This document shows positions 1 to 12,295 of a stretch of DNA of 64,000 nt, piece after piece. Where the stretch lies: the NCBI GenBank assembly GCA_030295235.1, contig AP026129.1, forward strand, positions 1,178,001 through 1,242,000, written 5' to 3'. Made by a program: the position numbers and the translations under genes. The stretch's first letter is position 1. Each line of letters begins with the position of its first letter. The notes beneath the pieces are model-generated. The model had not been told where the DNA came from, did no database searches, and worked only from the letters and a program-made list of their open reading frames with translations. Origin of the DNA: Fistulifera solaris (lineage: Eukaryota).

Positions 1-289
1 CATAGATTATTCCACCTTGCCCGAAGACAATAAATGTCGTGAGCTTGCAAACGAATTGATAATGGAACACAAGCGAATTATGTCTGAGATGCTTGCAATG
101 GTCAAAGACGAGATGACAATCGTGAATCAGGCCGATGCAGACCATGAGGGTCTTAAGGAATATGTCTCACAACTCAATGCCGTTCATGAACAGCAACTGT
201 CTCACATTGCGATACTAAGGGAACATTTGCTTGCCTACCGAATAGCTCAAACAGGTGGAGATGATAGTTTCGAGGACTTGCGCGATTAA
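1..289 (+). CDS. 3' end of an unknown helical/coiled-coil protein (gene starts before the window)
   Basis: Frame open from near the window edge to TAA at 287-289, helical amphipathic composition, followed by an AT-rich 3' region. Confidence 0.5.
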   Translation, partial: IDYSTLPEDNKCRELANELIMEHKRIMSEMLAMVKDEMTIVNQADADHEGLKEYVSQLNAVHEQQLSHIAILREHLLAYRIAQTGGDDSFEDLRD

Positions 290-414
290 AGAGTCTTGCT
301 TCGATCATTTCTATTATTTGGCGTCGCTTGTAGAATTAAAATTATGTAAAGAATCGATTAAAAACTACGACTAAATAGTAGCACTTCTATATTATTTATC
401 CTCAGACGTAGATC

Positions 415-3100
415 TTAAGCCCAGTAAACGTGCGTCACGCCGATATTGTTTGCAACACCGCAACCTCTTAATCGAATCGCCACCTCGACGTTGTCTTGGG
501 GACCAAAAGTCGGGTCATCCAACACGGTCAGATCTTGAACGACGCGCTGCACATTCGATACTTTAGCAAAGAAGGCATCCTTATTCAGAGTGATAATTTT
601 CCCGTTGATTGCATAATCGAACTCAAAAGTGTCCGGGAAAACGACAGGATCAGCCTTGAGGTGTCGATGACCCAAGATCCAATCTCTATCTTTAAGGTCT
701 ACATCATCCGGCCTACTCGAATGATTTTCAACCGATAAGGTAGACACCACTGACCCAGATACTTCTTCATGTAACCTTCGCTCGTTGTTGACTGAGGTCC
801 ATTCTATTGTCATGTGATTTTCTTTGCGTCCTAACCAAGTGTACAACTTCAGAATGATTATTCCCTTTTCAACTCGGGGGATGTTTAGTACCAACCACCC
901 TGAGAACTCATTTCCGGCAATATACCCTCGGCTATCATGGTGGCCCAACATCGGGCAGCTATCAAGGTAATGTCGCGCACAATGCGTGTAGTAACTTCCA
1001 TCGCATTCGCCTGGATATTCCTCCATGTGTTGCCAGCCTCTTCCAGGCACAATTGCTTCGCTCAAATGCCTTGAGAGGGCGTGGTTGTAATCATCGACTT
1101 CATCACGCGAGGGCTGCAGAGCTTTTTCTGACAAAATTCTTCGATTCGATGCTACAGCATATGGATCAGCTTCACCGGTACGAACAGCATCGCAAGTCGT
1201 GAGCACGTCTGGACCGTCGTACAACGGTTTGAAATTCTGGAACGGCTTATAATTGTTCGGAGCTGCCTTAACCAAGTTCAGCAAACTGGTTTCAGATGGA
1301 TTCGCGCGGGGTGTGTACAAACCGCGGCCCTATCAACGTAAAAACGAAACTTTTAGAATGGAATGCCCTGACCGATCGACTGCTATGCGGCACACTTACC
1401 TCCATTACCAAATCACATAACTTTGCTGGAAGTCGAGGATCTAATCCTTTGCAGTGCCCTAACGAGGAATCAAGATTTTTCAGCTTTTCACGAATATTGT
1501 TGTAGTATTCAGTGACGTGCCACATGCTGTCGTCGAGCGGTGGTCCACCTGTCGAAACAAGAACAGAATGTAAGCAAAAAAATAAACTAAAGCATCCCTT
1601 AAAACGATTCTCGACGTACCCATGGTGCCATCGCTGAAGAGCTGAATGGCCGCTTGCAAAGCGGTGAGAATGTTAATGGCCAAAACACGTCCTTTGAGTT
1701 GGTGAAATCGCCAACCAGGGTGCCATCTTACTTGACTCGGCGGTTCGGGACGTATGTTGAAAAACGTCTCGCGAGGAACATCGTCTCGGTCTACCCAGCA
1801 AGTTGCACAAAAACGATTCCATTTGCATAGGTCAGAGTATTCGTTCGTACATTTCATAAAACGGGCAGCCCAAGGAATCGTCTCAGCTTGCTCCACGCCT
1901 GTCACTTCCGGAATACCATTGAGACCCGTTCCAAAATCTCCCACATCCGCATCTACATGTTCGTGAAGGAATTGCATGATTTGAATCGGCCCGCCCCAGA
2001 TTACGGGTACCCGTTTACCAGATAGCAACCCCTGTCGGAAGAAATACTCAATATCCGGTAAATCACTTTCCGTCATTCCTATGAAGCATAAAGAGAGCCA
2101 CTAACCGTGAAAAGCAAGGAACAGAAGCAAACGAGAAGACGGCCGTGCACTACGTACCACAGTCCCATAGAAGAAGATCAATATTATCACCGTAAAAGTC
2201 CTTCATCGCCATACTGTGTTGTATCGTTCCCAACCCACCCTGCGACATCTGTACATCAATAACGATCGGAATGATACAAATACGTGAGTTTTCCAATCTC
2301 AAGCGACTCTACTACTATTTTTCTCGGCGACTTACATTTCTGGTAATCAATTTGACTCCCAATCGCGCAAAGACCGGAGCCATGACTTTATGAAATTGCA
2401 TCATATAATTTTGATGAAAATGATTTCCGTGACCGGCCGCGGCCGAGTGACCTCCCCAACACGACCGTAAATGTATCGTTCGTCATGATCGCATGCAGCA
2501 ATCGCAACACCAAGCCATCAAAACTCCGTGCCGTCGTCCATCCGCCTTCGTTGGATGCCTCTCCCGGCACTTTAACGTCGTCTTGACTGAGATCAATTTT
2601 ATAGACGTGCGTCATTTTGGACCGTTCCGCCATTAATTTTCCCAAATCATCCTTATTCTGCGATTTACCCAAACCGTATTCTTCGTAAATGGCCTCGATC
2701 GTGCGTTCGAGTAATTCTTCCGCATCATTAATGAGATGATTGACGTACACCGCATCCGTCTGCCAAGCATTGGGCGGAAAATCATTGCCGGGAATATCAC
2801 GATTTGGATATTCACCACAATAATCACCTTTCGGACGAAGATCTCCATCTCCATCCCAGAAATGCCATTTTCCGTATTGATCGGTCAATTGCTTTCGGGT
2901 GGATTCATCAATCGGTGCATGAAAGGGATCCGGAACAATCGTCGCCATTTGTTCATACACAAAACCTTGTGAATTGAGTCTTCGTAAAGAGTTACTCATT
3001 TCTGTTTGGATCATTTCGGACGATGGTGTGTGATGAAAATGTTGCGTGGCCAACAGACAAAAAAAAGAAGCACAATGTTACGGCCGCGCCGAGCGCCCAT
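415..3100 (-). CDS. Multi-exon type II membrane/secreted protein with an SGNH-hydrolase-like motif (uncharacterised diatom-type family)
   Basis: ORF pieces 2388-3053, 1480-2076, 1292-1525 and 415-1320 join through GT-AG introns (e.g. about 1331-1399). ATG at 3100 gives MGARRGRNIVLLFF.. (signal anchor). Restoring one base at about 2457 gives VVLGGHSAAAGHGN. A later WHPG motif is present. Confidence 0.6.
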
Positions 3101-3732
3101 GGCTTGCTGTTGTCAATTACTATTGTCATCCGAACCACTTATTAGGGAATCTCTCGAGCAAAGGTTTTGTTGAATGAGAAGTCTTTTTTCTTTGGATTAT
3201 ATAGATGCCCACTGCACACTAGATCAAAATAGGTTGCAAAAAGAAAAGAAAGGGTCACACAACAAATAATAATAAAGGTCACAAAGAGTGCCGTCAGTCA
3301 CGTGTCACGTCACATATTTTTGAGTCCCTTGAAAAAGTCGTCTACATTCGGAGCCAGTGTTTTTCCTCATGGCTCTACCCAAGGTCTATCACCTTATTTC
3401 GTATATAGTCGAAGCTAGTCGAGGCTATGAACGTCGAAAAACTAGGAAGAAGCCGAAAAACGAATAGGAACAATTCCCTTTCTTCGTTAGAATCTTTTAT
3501 TCTAAAGTACCCATTTTCTCTAGGTTCAGACACATTAAGAAAGGAGAATCGATTGACGGAGTTCGCGTCACACCGAGAATAGAAACGATGTGAAGCACTC
3601 GAGCTCTATAAAAGGCGTCTTAGGGCGCGTGCAGTGCTTTTCATTCCACTCATTGGGGCCCTTACTTTCTTTATCGCATTCGGTCGATATATCATGAAAG
3701 GGGCATGTTTGTCAAGTACTGGAAAATCCCAA

Positions 3733-4658
3733 TCAACTTGGTTTCAGTTTGTCAAATTCCGTTCGAAAGGCCTTCTCCTGTTCAGCATACAATGTAGATG
3801 CAGCTTTCATGCTCTTCACCAAATCTTTGGCGCTTTCGTGAATCTTCGCTTGGATTTCGGGGACAATCTCGATCCCTTCTTCCCCGCGCACATCCAACAA
3901 CACACCCAACCAGTACGTTCCACCGTAACTTGTCAAAAATTCTTCCCCCTTTTTCACCTTCTTCGTCGTGACGGTCGCCATGACGGGAGAAGGTCCCCAA
4001 GGAATATGGATGCAATTTCTCCGCTTTCCGGATGCGTGATAATAGTCCAAAACACCCTGGACAGTGTTCGATGTAACGACGGCACCGTCATTGATCAGGT
4101 GACTCACCCACGCCCCGACCCTATCGCGATGCGGATTCACATCAAGGAACAAGTGTCCAGTTACAACAGGACTCAGGATGGAGGTTCGTTGAAAGAGAGG
4201 TTGATCGGTACAATGCAAATAACTCGATTCCGAACAAGGATGACTGGCAAAGTACTCTTCGTCATGTGGTAACGAACGAAAGAGCGGCGACGACAGTCCG
4301 TCGTCGATGCCCAAGGCGTGTGCCGGGTAAAAACTAATGATCGTTCCTTTTTGTATATTGTTTTTGGCAAACAATCCTCGACCGGCTCTTGGAATCGAGG
4401 ATTCTTTAATTTCGATGCGCTGGACGCATTGTACTTGCATCGCACTTAACGCTGGAGAAGATGCAAAAACTCGGTCGTCATGACTTGATTCATGCGCTCG
4501 ACACTTTCGTCCAGGCACTGGATAATCTCTTCTTGGTAAGATGAATTCAATGGCGACTTTCGAAGGGGTGTATTCGAGAAAGGAACCCACGCATCGACCG
4601 ATCGCAGGAACGATATTATGGCAACGAGTGTTGCGGCTGATACGAATGTGATAGCCAT
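3733..4658 (-). CDS. SET-domain methyltransferase with predicted bipartite plastid presequence
   Basis: SET motifs SSIPRAGRGLFA, SHLIND and KKGEEFLTSYG..YW. N-terminus MAITFVSAATLVAIISFLRSVDA-WVP lies in a second frame, joined by one frameshift near 4450-4470. Confidence 0.75.
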
Positions 4659-4971
4659 TTCTAGTATCCAAGGCGTTTCTGAAGAAAAGGACGAAAGGGT
4701 GGTACGATGTTCAGGTTGAATGCAAGCCTTTAGATCATGCTTGTCGTTGATAACATCATGACCATCGGCATCGATCATCACATGGGCATCATCCATTTTT
4801 GTTGCGCCAGCAAATATAAGCCATTAGTGTAGTCTTGACGTTCTGCGATTAATGGATAACCTGCCTTATCGGTACTGACACAATGTTTGTTTTGTGAGTA
4901 CTACGTTTTTTTTTTCGGCGTTCATCTTTCTTTTTCATCTCAATGTTGTTGTTTGATTCATCATAAGAGCT

Positions 4972-5841
4972 ATGACCCCCTTGCAATTCCTTTTGACAAC
5001 AAAAGGCGAAATAGATCAAAGTAATGCGGTCGAATTCCGTCCGGATTCGGAAAAGAAATCGGCATTTTGGGTCGAAGGTTGTCGTTCCGCATCACCGGCA
5101 CATGGTTACATTATTGCTAGTCCAGGAGCGTTCCTTCTGGGCGGTCTCCAAATTATCAGTAATTCGCGAACCGTAGAGATCTATTTAAACCAAAATAATA
5201 ATCTACAAGAAACGTATTTGACGACCTGTCGTGGAGTTCCTTTCCAAGGCAACTACAAAATTGTTTGCGTTATTCCGGGTGGACCCCGTCCAATTCAACA
5301 AGCGCATTTAAAATTTGTCACCAATGAACCAGAACTCATCATTACTTCATTGCGAGTCACTGCACGAATACCGGAAAGTTGTGCCGAGCCGGCCAACCGA
5401 TTACCAGATCGAAATCCTCTACCGTCGTCTCCGTCCCTTCCAGCAACCCCATCGACAGACCATACCAGTGATTGGAATACCTCTATAGCAGGTCTCGCTT
5501 TCTTGGTACGCAACACGTCGGAAAAGCATTTGCAACAAATACAATCCCTCCATCAACAGCAACAACAAGCGATGGAAGTGTGTTTGTGGCAACCTTTAGT
5601 GGCACAAATAGCGTCCCAAGCATCACTCTTGTCCCAGCAAAACGAACAAATCCAACAACAGACACATTTACTGCAACAACAACAAGAACAAATACAGGCA
5701 TTGACGAGTCAAGTACAAGAATTGACGAACCTGGTGCAACGGGTCATCGATACCTCATCGTCGGCATCATCATCATCATCTCCTGACCAAGAAAGCGAAC
5801 GACACACTCTTCAGAACGCGAGGGATGTCGAAAATAAATGA
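4972..5841 (+). CDS. Uncharacterised protein: N-terminal domain reminiscent of C10orf88/PAAT, Q-rich C-terminal coiled coil
   Basis: 289-aa ORF. GLQIISNSRTVEIYL..ETYLTTCRG resembles the remembered PAAT motif ILSSARNMEVY..EEYCGTSRG. Confidence 0.55.
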   Translation: MTPLQFLLTTKGEIDQSNAVEFRPDSEKKSAFWVEGCRSASPAHGYIIASPGAFLLGGLQIISNSRTVEIYLNQNNNLQETYLTTCRGVPFQGNYKIVCVIPGGPRPIQQAHLKFVTNEPELIITSLRVTARIPESCAEPANRLPDRNPLPSSPSLPATPSTDHTSDWNTSIAGLAFLVRNTSEKHLQQIQSLHQQQQQAMEVCLWQPLVAQIASQASLLSQQNEQIQQQTHLLQQQQEQIQALTSQVQELTNLVQRVIDTSSSASSSSSPDQESERHTLQNARDVENK

Positions 5842-6358
5842 TGCCGACTCACTGACGATCGATACAGAGGAGCAGAACCTACTACTACCACAACTGGATC
5901 GTGGGTCTGTAACAACGCAGCTTACGCGAGTGGGAATCGAACCATGCCGATGCATGAAGTATCATTGTGGGGGCCCTTAAAATAGACTAGATTCATAAAA
6001 TATAATCATGTGAACTGAACCTTTCTTAAGACATTACATAATTTTACGTCAACACGAACCGCACAGAACTTCTAGGAAAGGCTAGCATTTGTTGAGTGTC
6101 GATCGTTTGTAGGTGCTCTGCATTGGATGCACCGTGACTGAAATCCCTTTGAGTCCCTGAAAAGGGCGCCTACAAATTGCTCTATACTTTGTGTAGTAAT
6201 GAAATAATGGTGTCACTTCGTCACTTATTTAACAACAAGAACGTCAACAAGGAAAAACATTCACCAACCTGTATTCATAATATATTCAGTCCTAAAATCA
6301 TTCTCTATTCGCGGTAATTACTATCGTCTTTTCGAACGGGTACACATCTTCCAACAAG

Positions 6359-7911
6359 ATGGACGAGGCAACACTACAATCCGCGTTTGCGGCCTTGCGT
6401 ATTCCCAAAACACACACGACCGTCGGCCTTTCCAATTTAGTGGCTGCCAACAAGGAATATCGCTCTCTCTTTGTCAATCGAAGACTTCCCGAAGACGGAT
6501 GGTCGGATATTCAAATACAACACTTTTTGTTCCTGCTTTCGACTTTGGATACGAACAACAAGAGGTCATCGTCCTTGCGCTGGTGTGGGGTCGGGGAACG
6601 CGAAGGACGCATTTACTCGAGTCTCGTTGCCAATCGACATTTTGGTTTCGCACACGGGATGGGACGATCGGGGGATATTACCGAACCACAACCCAAAGCC
6701 GTCGGATCGAGTGTGTTGGTGCAATTGACTCTTTTTTTGGTATTGGATGCGATACGGCGGGGAGTGGATTCAACGCTCAGACAGCGGCCCAATACGGCAT
6801 CCTGTTGCCACTTTGTACGGGCATGTCCATGTCACTGGTCCTCAGCAGTTTGCGGGAGGCAAATCCCGATCGTTCGATTGTGCTGTGGTGCCGTATTGAT
6901 CAAAAAAGCTGTTTCAAAGCAATCTCGTCGGCTGGTTTGACGTGTGTCGTGATACCCACAACCTTGGAAGGAGATGAAGTTGTCACCCATTTACAAGCAC
7001 TGGAAGAGGCCATGAGTGACAAGGTCCTAACGGTTATTACGACAACCTCGTGTTTTGCTCCTCGCGTTCGTGATAAAGTTGATCAAGTCGCCAAGTTATG
7101 TCAAACACACAATGTTCATCACATTATTAACAATGCGTACGGACTGCAGTGTGCATCCACCAGCAAACTCATCAATCGTGCCTGTGTGGTCGGGAGAGTA
7201 GATGCGATTGTCTGTTCGACAGATAAAAACTTTTTGGTTCCCGTTGGTACGTTACGTTAAATGTCGATGTTGGCGGACATGGATGTGTACAGGCTCATAT
7301 CTTACAGTTTGGTCGTCGGTTGCATTGTTCCTCCAGGCGGTGCCATTGTGCTATCACCTCATGAAAGTATTATTCAAAATATTGGTAAAGTATACGCGGG
7401 ACGAGCATCTTCGTCTCCCATATTGGATTTATTCATAACACTCCTTTCCATGGGTTTGAAAGGATACCAAAAATTGTTGCAGGATCGCCAACAGGCACTG
7501 GAAAATTTCGCTCAACGTTTGTCGGCCGTGGCGGAGAAACATGGAGAACGTCTGTTACAATGCCCTTCCAACACCATATCGTTTGGTATTACTTTGGATA
7601 CTCTAGCACGACCTCGAGACGAATCCGAAGACGAAACAGCGTACTTGGAAAGTATCCGGAAACCCATTTCGGCCTTGGGTGCCATGCTCTTCAGTCGCTG
7701 TGTCAGTGGAACGCGTGTGATTCCCCGTTTGGAACAAAAAACCATGGGAGGACAAGTCTTTGCTGGTTTTGGAAGCTCCCACGATGCCTTTCCACATGCG
7801 TACATGACTGCCGCGTGTGCCATTGGGGTTCATCCATCGGAAGTGGACGAATTTCTGGTGCGACTCGACAAGACTATTCATGAATTCAAAAAGAAACAGG
7901 AGAAACGATGA
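6359..7911 (+). CDS. SEPSECS: O-phosphoseryl-tRNA(Sec) selenium transferase (SepSecS)
   Basis: Motifs GVGEREGRI, HGMGRSGDITEPQPKAVGSS, RIDQKSCFK, TTTSCFAPR, INNAYGLQ, STDKNFLVPVGG, YAGRASSSP and YMTAACAIG. Intron 7247-7336. One frameshift near 6760. Confidence 0.95.
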
Positions 7912-8019
7912 AACAACAAAACTGGTGTCCTATTCATCTTGCACATATCTAGCTCATTCGAAAACTTTGTCACGTAAGGTTTTCGACATTGCGATCCAAC
8001 ATTCTGAAAGATAAATGAT

Positions 8020-8550
8020 CTATTTCCCTTCTTGTACAGCCGACCACCACTGCTGAAATGCTTCCATTGTGATTGTACCGCTATTGCGCGAATCCATACC
8101 CTTGAATGCGACTTCTAGCTCCCACAACGATAATTTCATGGCCCAGTGCATCCATAAGAACGTTCAAATCGTCGATAGACAGATTATCATCACCATTGTG
8201 GTCGACTTGTTCGAATTCTGTTCGCCAGTTGTGGACCTGTAACCGATTGACGCCGATGATTGATTTGTCGTTCGACCAAAATGTAAATGACACCGACACT
8301 GATGATCCAGGTTCCCACGTCAAAAGTCGCTGAACGTGCCAAACACCATATTATATGGAGACTTCCTGCAATATGACATACCAGGCTCTCCGGCCCCACA
8401 CATATGTCAGAAACGTTTGCCCAGCAAATGAATCAATTCATAAGTCGTTTCCATGAGTGATAAATAATGTTCCAAGTGTTGTTGCTGGCGCAGGTGCCCC
8501 AAGAATTCCAAGTACGAGAAGAATACATCCCAACACCAAGGTATAACATT
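8020..8550 (-). pseudogene. Decayed gene for a COPI-associated/TVP15-like membrane protein with a C-terminal EF-hand pair
   Basis: Fragments in different frames: FLTYVWGR, AGSLHII, VGTWIISVGVIYILV, EF-hand FEQVDHNGDDNLSIDDL and ELEVAFKGMDSRNSGTITMEAFQQWW-stop (8020). Several frameshifts and stops within about 500 bp. Confidence 0.55.
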
Positions 8551-9178
8551 GTAGAATGAATAGCGGCGAAAAAGATGAAAACGAAAAGATTTGATTCAGT
8601 ATACCAAAAAAAAGACGAGAAAACCAGACAGCTTACTGACACAACGACAAGAAATCGGATCGATCCTTGACTCGCCAACTGCTGAAGATTTTTGGATGAT
8701 AATAAGTGAGAAACGCCTTTTTATTTTCCGTCGCAGCGATGGTGTTCCACATACTCCACTACCTTGATCGATCACGGAAGAGGATGACACTGAGCCTGTG
8801 AGAGGTGTTTGCTTCGTTGATTGGTCATGTCATGTTACGATATAGGGAAAAGATGTATTTGTGAAACGAAAAAGTCAGTCAACGCATTTGGTTTGCTTTC
8901 CGATCGAAACGAAAACGAAAAAAAATGCGTTTCGGTTGCATTTCGCGTCCGTCCAGGCCGCGCGCCGGCCACGCCTCGTGACCCAATGTCCGTTCGTGTC
9001 TCGGGTGTCACGACCAACAAGTGTTTCTCGAGGATCTTTTTTTTAATTTTTCCAAGGAAAATAATAGTAATAATAGTAAGCCATCATCACCTTCGACCAT
9101 GAAGATCGAGATCATCATCGTGAACACGACGCACCAAGCACAGTTACTACAAATCACTTTACCCACTATTTCATTTTC

Positions 9179-10823
9179 ATGAACATCTCCGATCCAGAAA
9201 ACAACGATGATTTGTCCGACAAGGACGAAACGGACGATAACATTGACTTCGAATGTGAAGAAGAAACATCCAGAGCAACAACATTTGCCTCGTCTTATGA
9301 ATACATCAAGGTACAATCTCAAAACCTCATTCACCCTAAACACTTTATTCGACAAAGTTCTTCGATCATTTCCGAACAACTCCCCGCAACACCGACTGGA
9401 TGGATGGCCTTACTTTCACTAGTGACGAGTTGTGGCTTAACTTACGAATTGCAACTCCAGAAAAGTCTCACATGTCCTCCTCTCGTGTATGCGCAATTGT
9501 CGTCGTCGCCATCTATAAAGGATATCTACGAACAAATGACCGTCACACCCGAATCATTGTTACGTCGACCCATCCAACCCAGTTTGTTGGTCGGCACGAG
9601 AGCGTACGCCGCGAGTACGGCGGCGTATTTGGGCGGAGCACCAGCCCACAATGACACCTATGGACGATTCCGGGAAATCATGACTTTACCCATGGATGGT
9701 GCGACTGTGGCATTGGATTGGGAATTGCCACCCGGTGTCACGGAAGAACAAGTGCGTCAGCAGATACCAAAACCGGTCGTCTTGGTGATACATGGCATTA
9801 ACAATCACGCCAATTTCGGTTACGTTCGTTCCATGGTACGAGCCTGTACGATGCGGGGATGGATTGCGGCGGGTTTCAATATGCGCGGATGTGGTGGTTT
9901 GGCGTTGACGACACCCCGGGGTTACAATGCCGCTTACACGGGGGATATCAGGGGTGTTGTGCAACAATTGTCGGCGCGCTTGCGAGGCGCTCCACTCTTT
10001 TTGGTGGGAAACTCACTTAGTGCGAGTTTGGTCACCAAGTATTTGGGAGAAGAAGGCTTGTGTGGGACGTTACCAGATTGTGTGGCGGGTGGCGCGGCAC
10101 TGGGGAATCCAGTGAGTATAGACTCGCGTCACATGAGTCTCATCTTTTCACCGTTGCTTGCGCTTGGTGTCAAGAAGAGTATTTTGGAACAATGGTCGGC
10201 GTTGCAACAAATCAAAGAACCTTATTTCTTAAGTTGTATACGACGAGCCATGTTGGCCGTAACTTTGGCCGAATTTGACAGTGCCATGGCGCCCATTATG
10301 ATACGCAATGATCCCGTGTATCCCTTTTCGGCTCGGGTCGGGTTCAAGAGTGAGTTTATTGATTATTATTTTGAAGCGATACTTGCGTGATTCCTTGTTG
10401 TTCCTTTCTGACACTTTGAGCTATCGTTTAACATACACTGCGCGCGGAAAACAGACGGCCATTCGTATTGGAATGATGCCAGCTCTTACCGTCTCATTCG
10501 TTTCGTATCCGTCCCCATGATGCAGCTGATTGCTTCGGACGATTTTTTTAGTGTACAAAGCATTTCAAGGCCGCCTGGCCTACTGTTTGGCAAATCCGAA
10601 TGTCATGATTGTCGAATCCAAATGCGGCGGTCATTTGGGTTGGCACGAAGCACCGCCTCGAAATTATGGACTAGGAAAGAGTTGGGCTGATGCAGCGACA
10701 ACCGAATTTATTGACGTAGTTTTCAAATCCTTTGAAAAGCGAAAATCAAACAAACCCGGCGGCCTTGAGTTCAAGGAACGCGACACCGTATTGAGTGCTA
10801 CGGTTCCAAGGTCCAAGTTGTAA
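9179..10823 (+). CDS. Alpha/beta hydrolase, ABHD1/2/3 (YheT) family
   Basis: Motifs DGATVALDW, VIHGINN, FNMRGCGG, nucleophile GNSLSA, acid ASDD and GGHLGW. Intron 10350-10454. One frameshift in the T run near 10545. Confidence 0.9.
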
Positions 10824-11469
10824 AGCTAGATATTGTCTTGTCGGGGCCTGAATAATGTGGCTGCATTAGATTTTTGATAGATTGACAGAGTACGGAACGG
10901 ATCACGCCCTAATTGGCTTCAGTCCCTTGTTTAGGTAAATCACGAGCCATATTTCGTATGTCGTGTTGTACGTCCCGATTTCTCGACCGGCGAGGAGGGA
11001 GAAGCGTACGTCACACACAAATAATCTCCGGGTTCTCGGATGGGTATGTCCGTGTACCGGTCTCTGTCGTAGGTTGAACCGAATGAGTATAGGTCTAACA
11101 AGTGTAAGAAGGGGACATCGCGCGTTTCGAAGTGAAACGCGTGCGTAATTGCGTTTGGATCGCAGTTTCGCCATGCAGCGGTTTGCATCGCAACAGAGCG
11201 ACGACAGCCACAAGCACAAAGACTTGAGCAAAAAGCTTTCTATCTGTAAGTGGAAGAATGACCATGATTGTGTTTTTCTAGCCAGCAATTTGTTGAAAGA
11301 CAGGGGATTTTTACGGTCATTCGTAGTGCATCAATCGCAGACATTGGCTGTAAAGCGAACGAAATCGCTGCTTTTGCTGTATTGTGCCCCCACGTTTACC
11401 CCTTACTTTATCGTTTTTCTTTTTCTGTCGCTGACGCTCCCTTTTCTTTTGTACAGAAAAGACACGAAA

Positions 11470-11775
11470 ATGAAGTCCTACCAATTTGTTCTCCTCGCCG
11501 CTGTGCTCTCGTGCGCTTCGGCCTTTGCCCCGGCCACCCCGACCCGCCAGGTTGCCTTCAAGCCCTTGGCCGCCAGCAAGATGCCCGAGCCAGCTGAAAA
11601 GGACCAGCGCGCTGCTGCCCTTGCCGCTTTCGCCACTGCCCTTGCCCCAATTGCCGCCCACGCTACCGAGGTCGATGAGGCCACCGTGATTGGATACGGT
11701 GCTGGTTTGGTCGCCTGCGTTGTTTCTTTGGCGGTTGGTTTCGCCATTGGATACGGAACTCTTGTCAAGCTTTAA
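11470..11775 (+). CDS. Small plastid/thylakoid-targeted single-transmembrane protein
   Basis: Signal peptide with exact ASAFAP, transit peptide, hydrophobic thylakoid-transfer domain ending AHA, then a mature peptide of about 36 aa. Strong C-ending codon bias. Confidence 0.8.
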   Translation: MKSYQFVLLAAVLSCASAFAPATPTRQVAFKPLAASKMPEPAEKDQRAAALAAFATALAPIAAHATEVDEATVIGYGAGLVACVVSLAVGFAIGYGTLVKL

Positions 11776-12295
11776 GTACACACTATAAGTAAGAATAATG
11801 AAAGGATAAAAAGCTAAACACAAGCATGGCAAACCCTATTTTAATCGCTCCTCTCTAGGTCAATTGAACACGTGATTTACGAGCGATAGAAACGATAACG
11901 ATGCCAATTCGCTCGATGCGATAGCTGTCTTCCATCCGAATCAAAGTTTTGTTGTTGTTCTTCAACAACGAGGCCGAAATAAGAGCTTGCAACTAGAAAT
12001 AGCTCCCTCCTCTCTAGCTTTTGCGGAAAAATTATACTCCGGGTATGTTTGTACAGTGCGACACGAATATTGCCTTTATTTAAGGCAATGCATGCCGCTA
12101 CGATAATCAAGGGGAAGTACGTATGCACAGGTGCCATGTGGTTTTCGCATCGGCGTCACTTTTTGTGAAAGACACCGAAAGCCGATCCTTTCAATAGAAG
12201 AACATACTGGTATCATTTTCGATTTTAATTTAGTATAAAAACAACATCACTGTTACTCATCCTAGTATGAAGTTTCCCTTTTCACACTTCTAACC

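Noticed and set aside
3634..4272. 212-aa plus-strand ORF
   Set aside because: Antisense shadow of the SET-domain gene with no motifs
5842..8100. tRNA-Sec, SECIS or a selenoprotein clustered with SepSecS
   Set aside because: No cloverleaf, SECIS-like hairpin or UGA-containing redox motif was recognisable by eye. A covariance-model search would be needed to exclude them fully.
11149..11469. 107-aa N-terminal extension of the small thylakoid protein
   Set aside because: It starts at a non-ATG codon and covers T-rich promoter/UTR sequence. The ATG at 11470 begins a textbook signal peptide.
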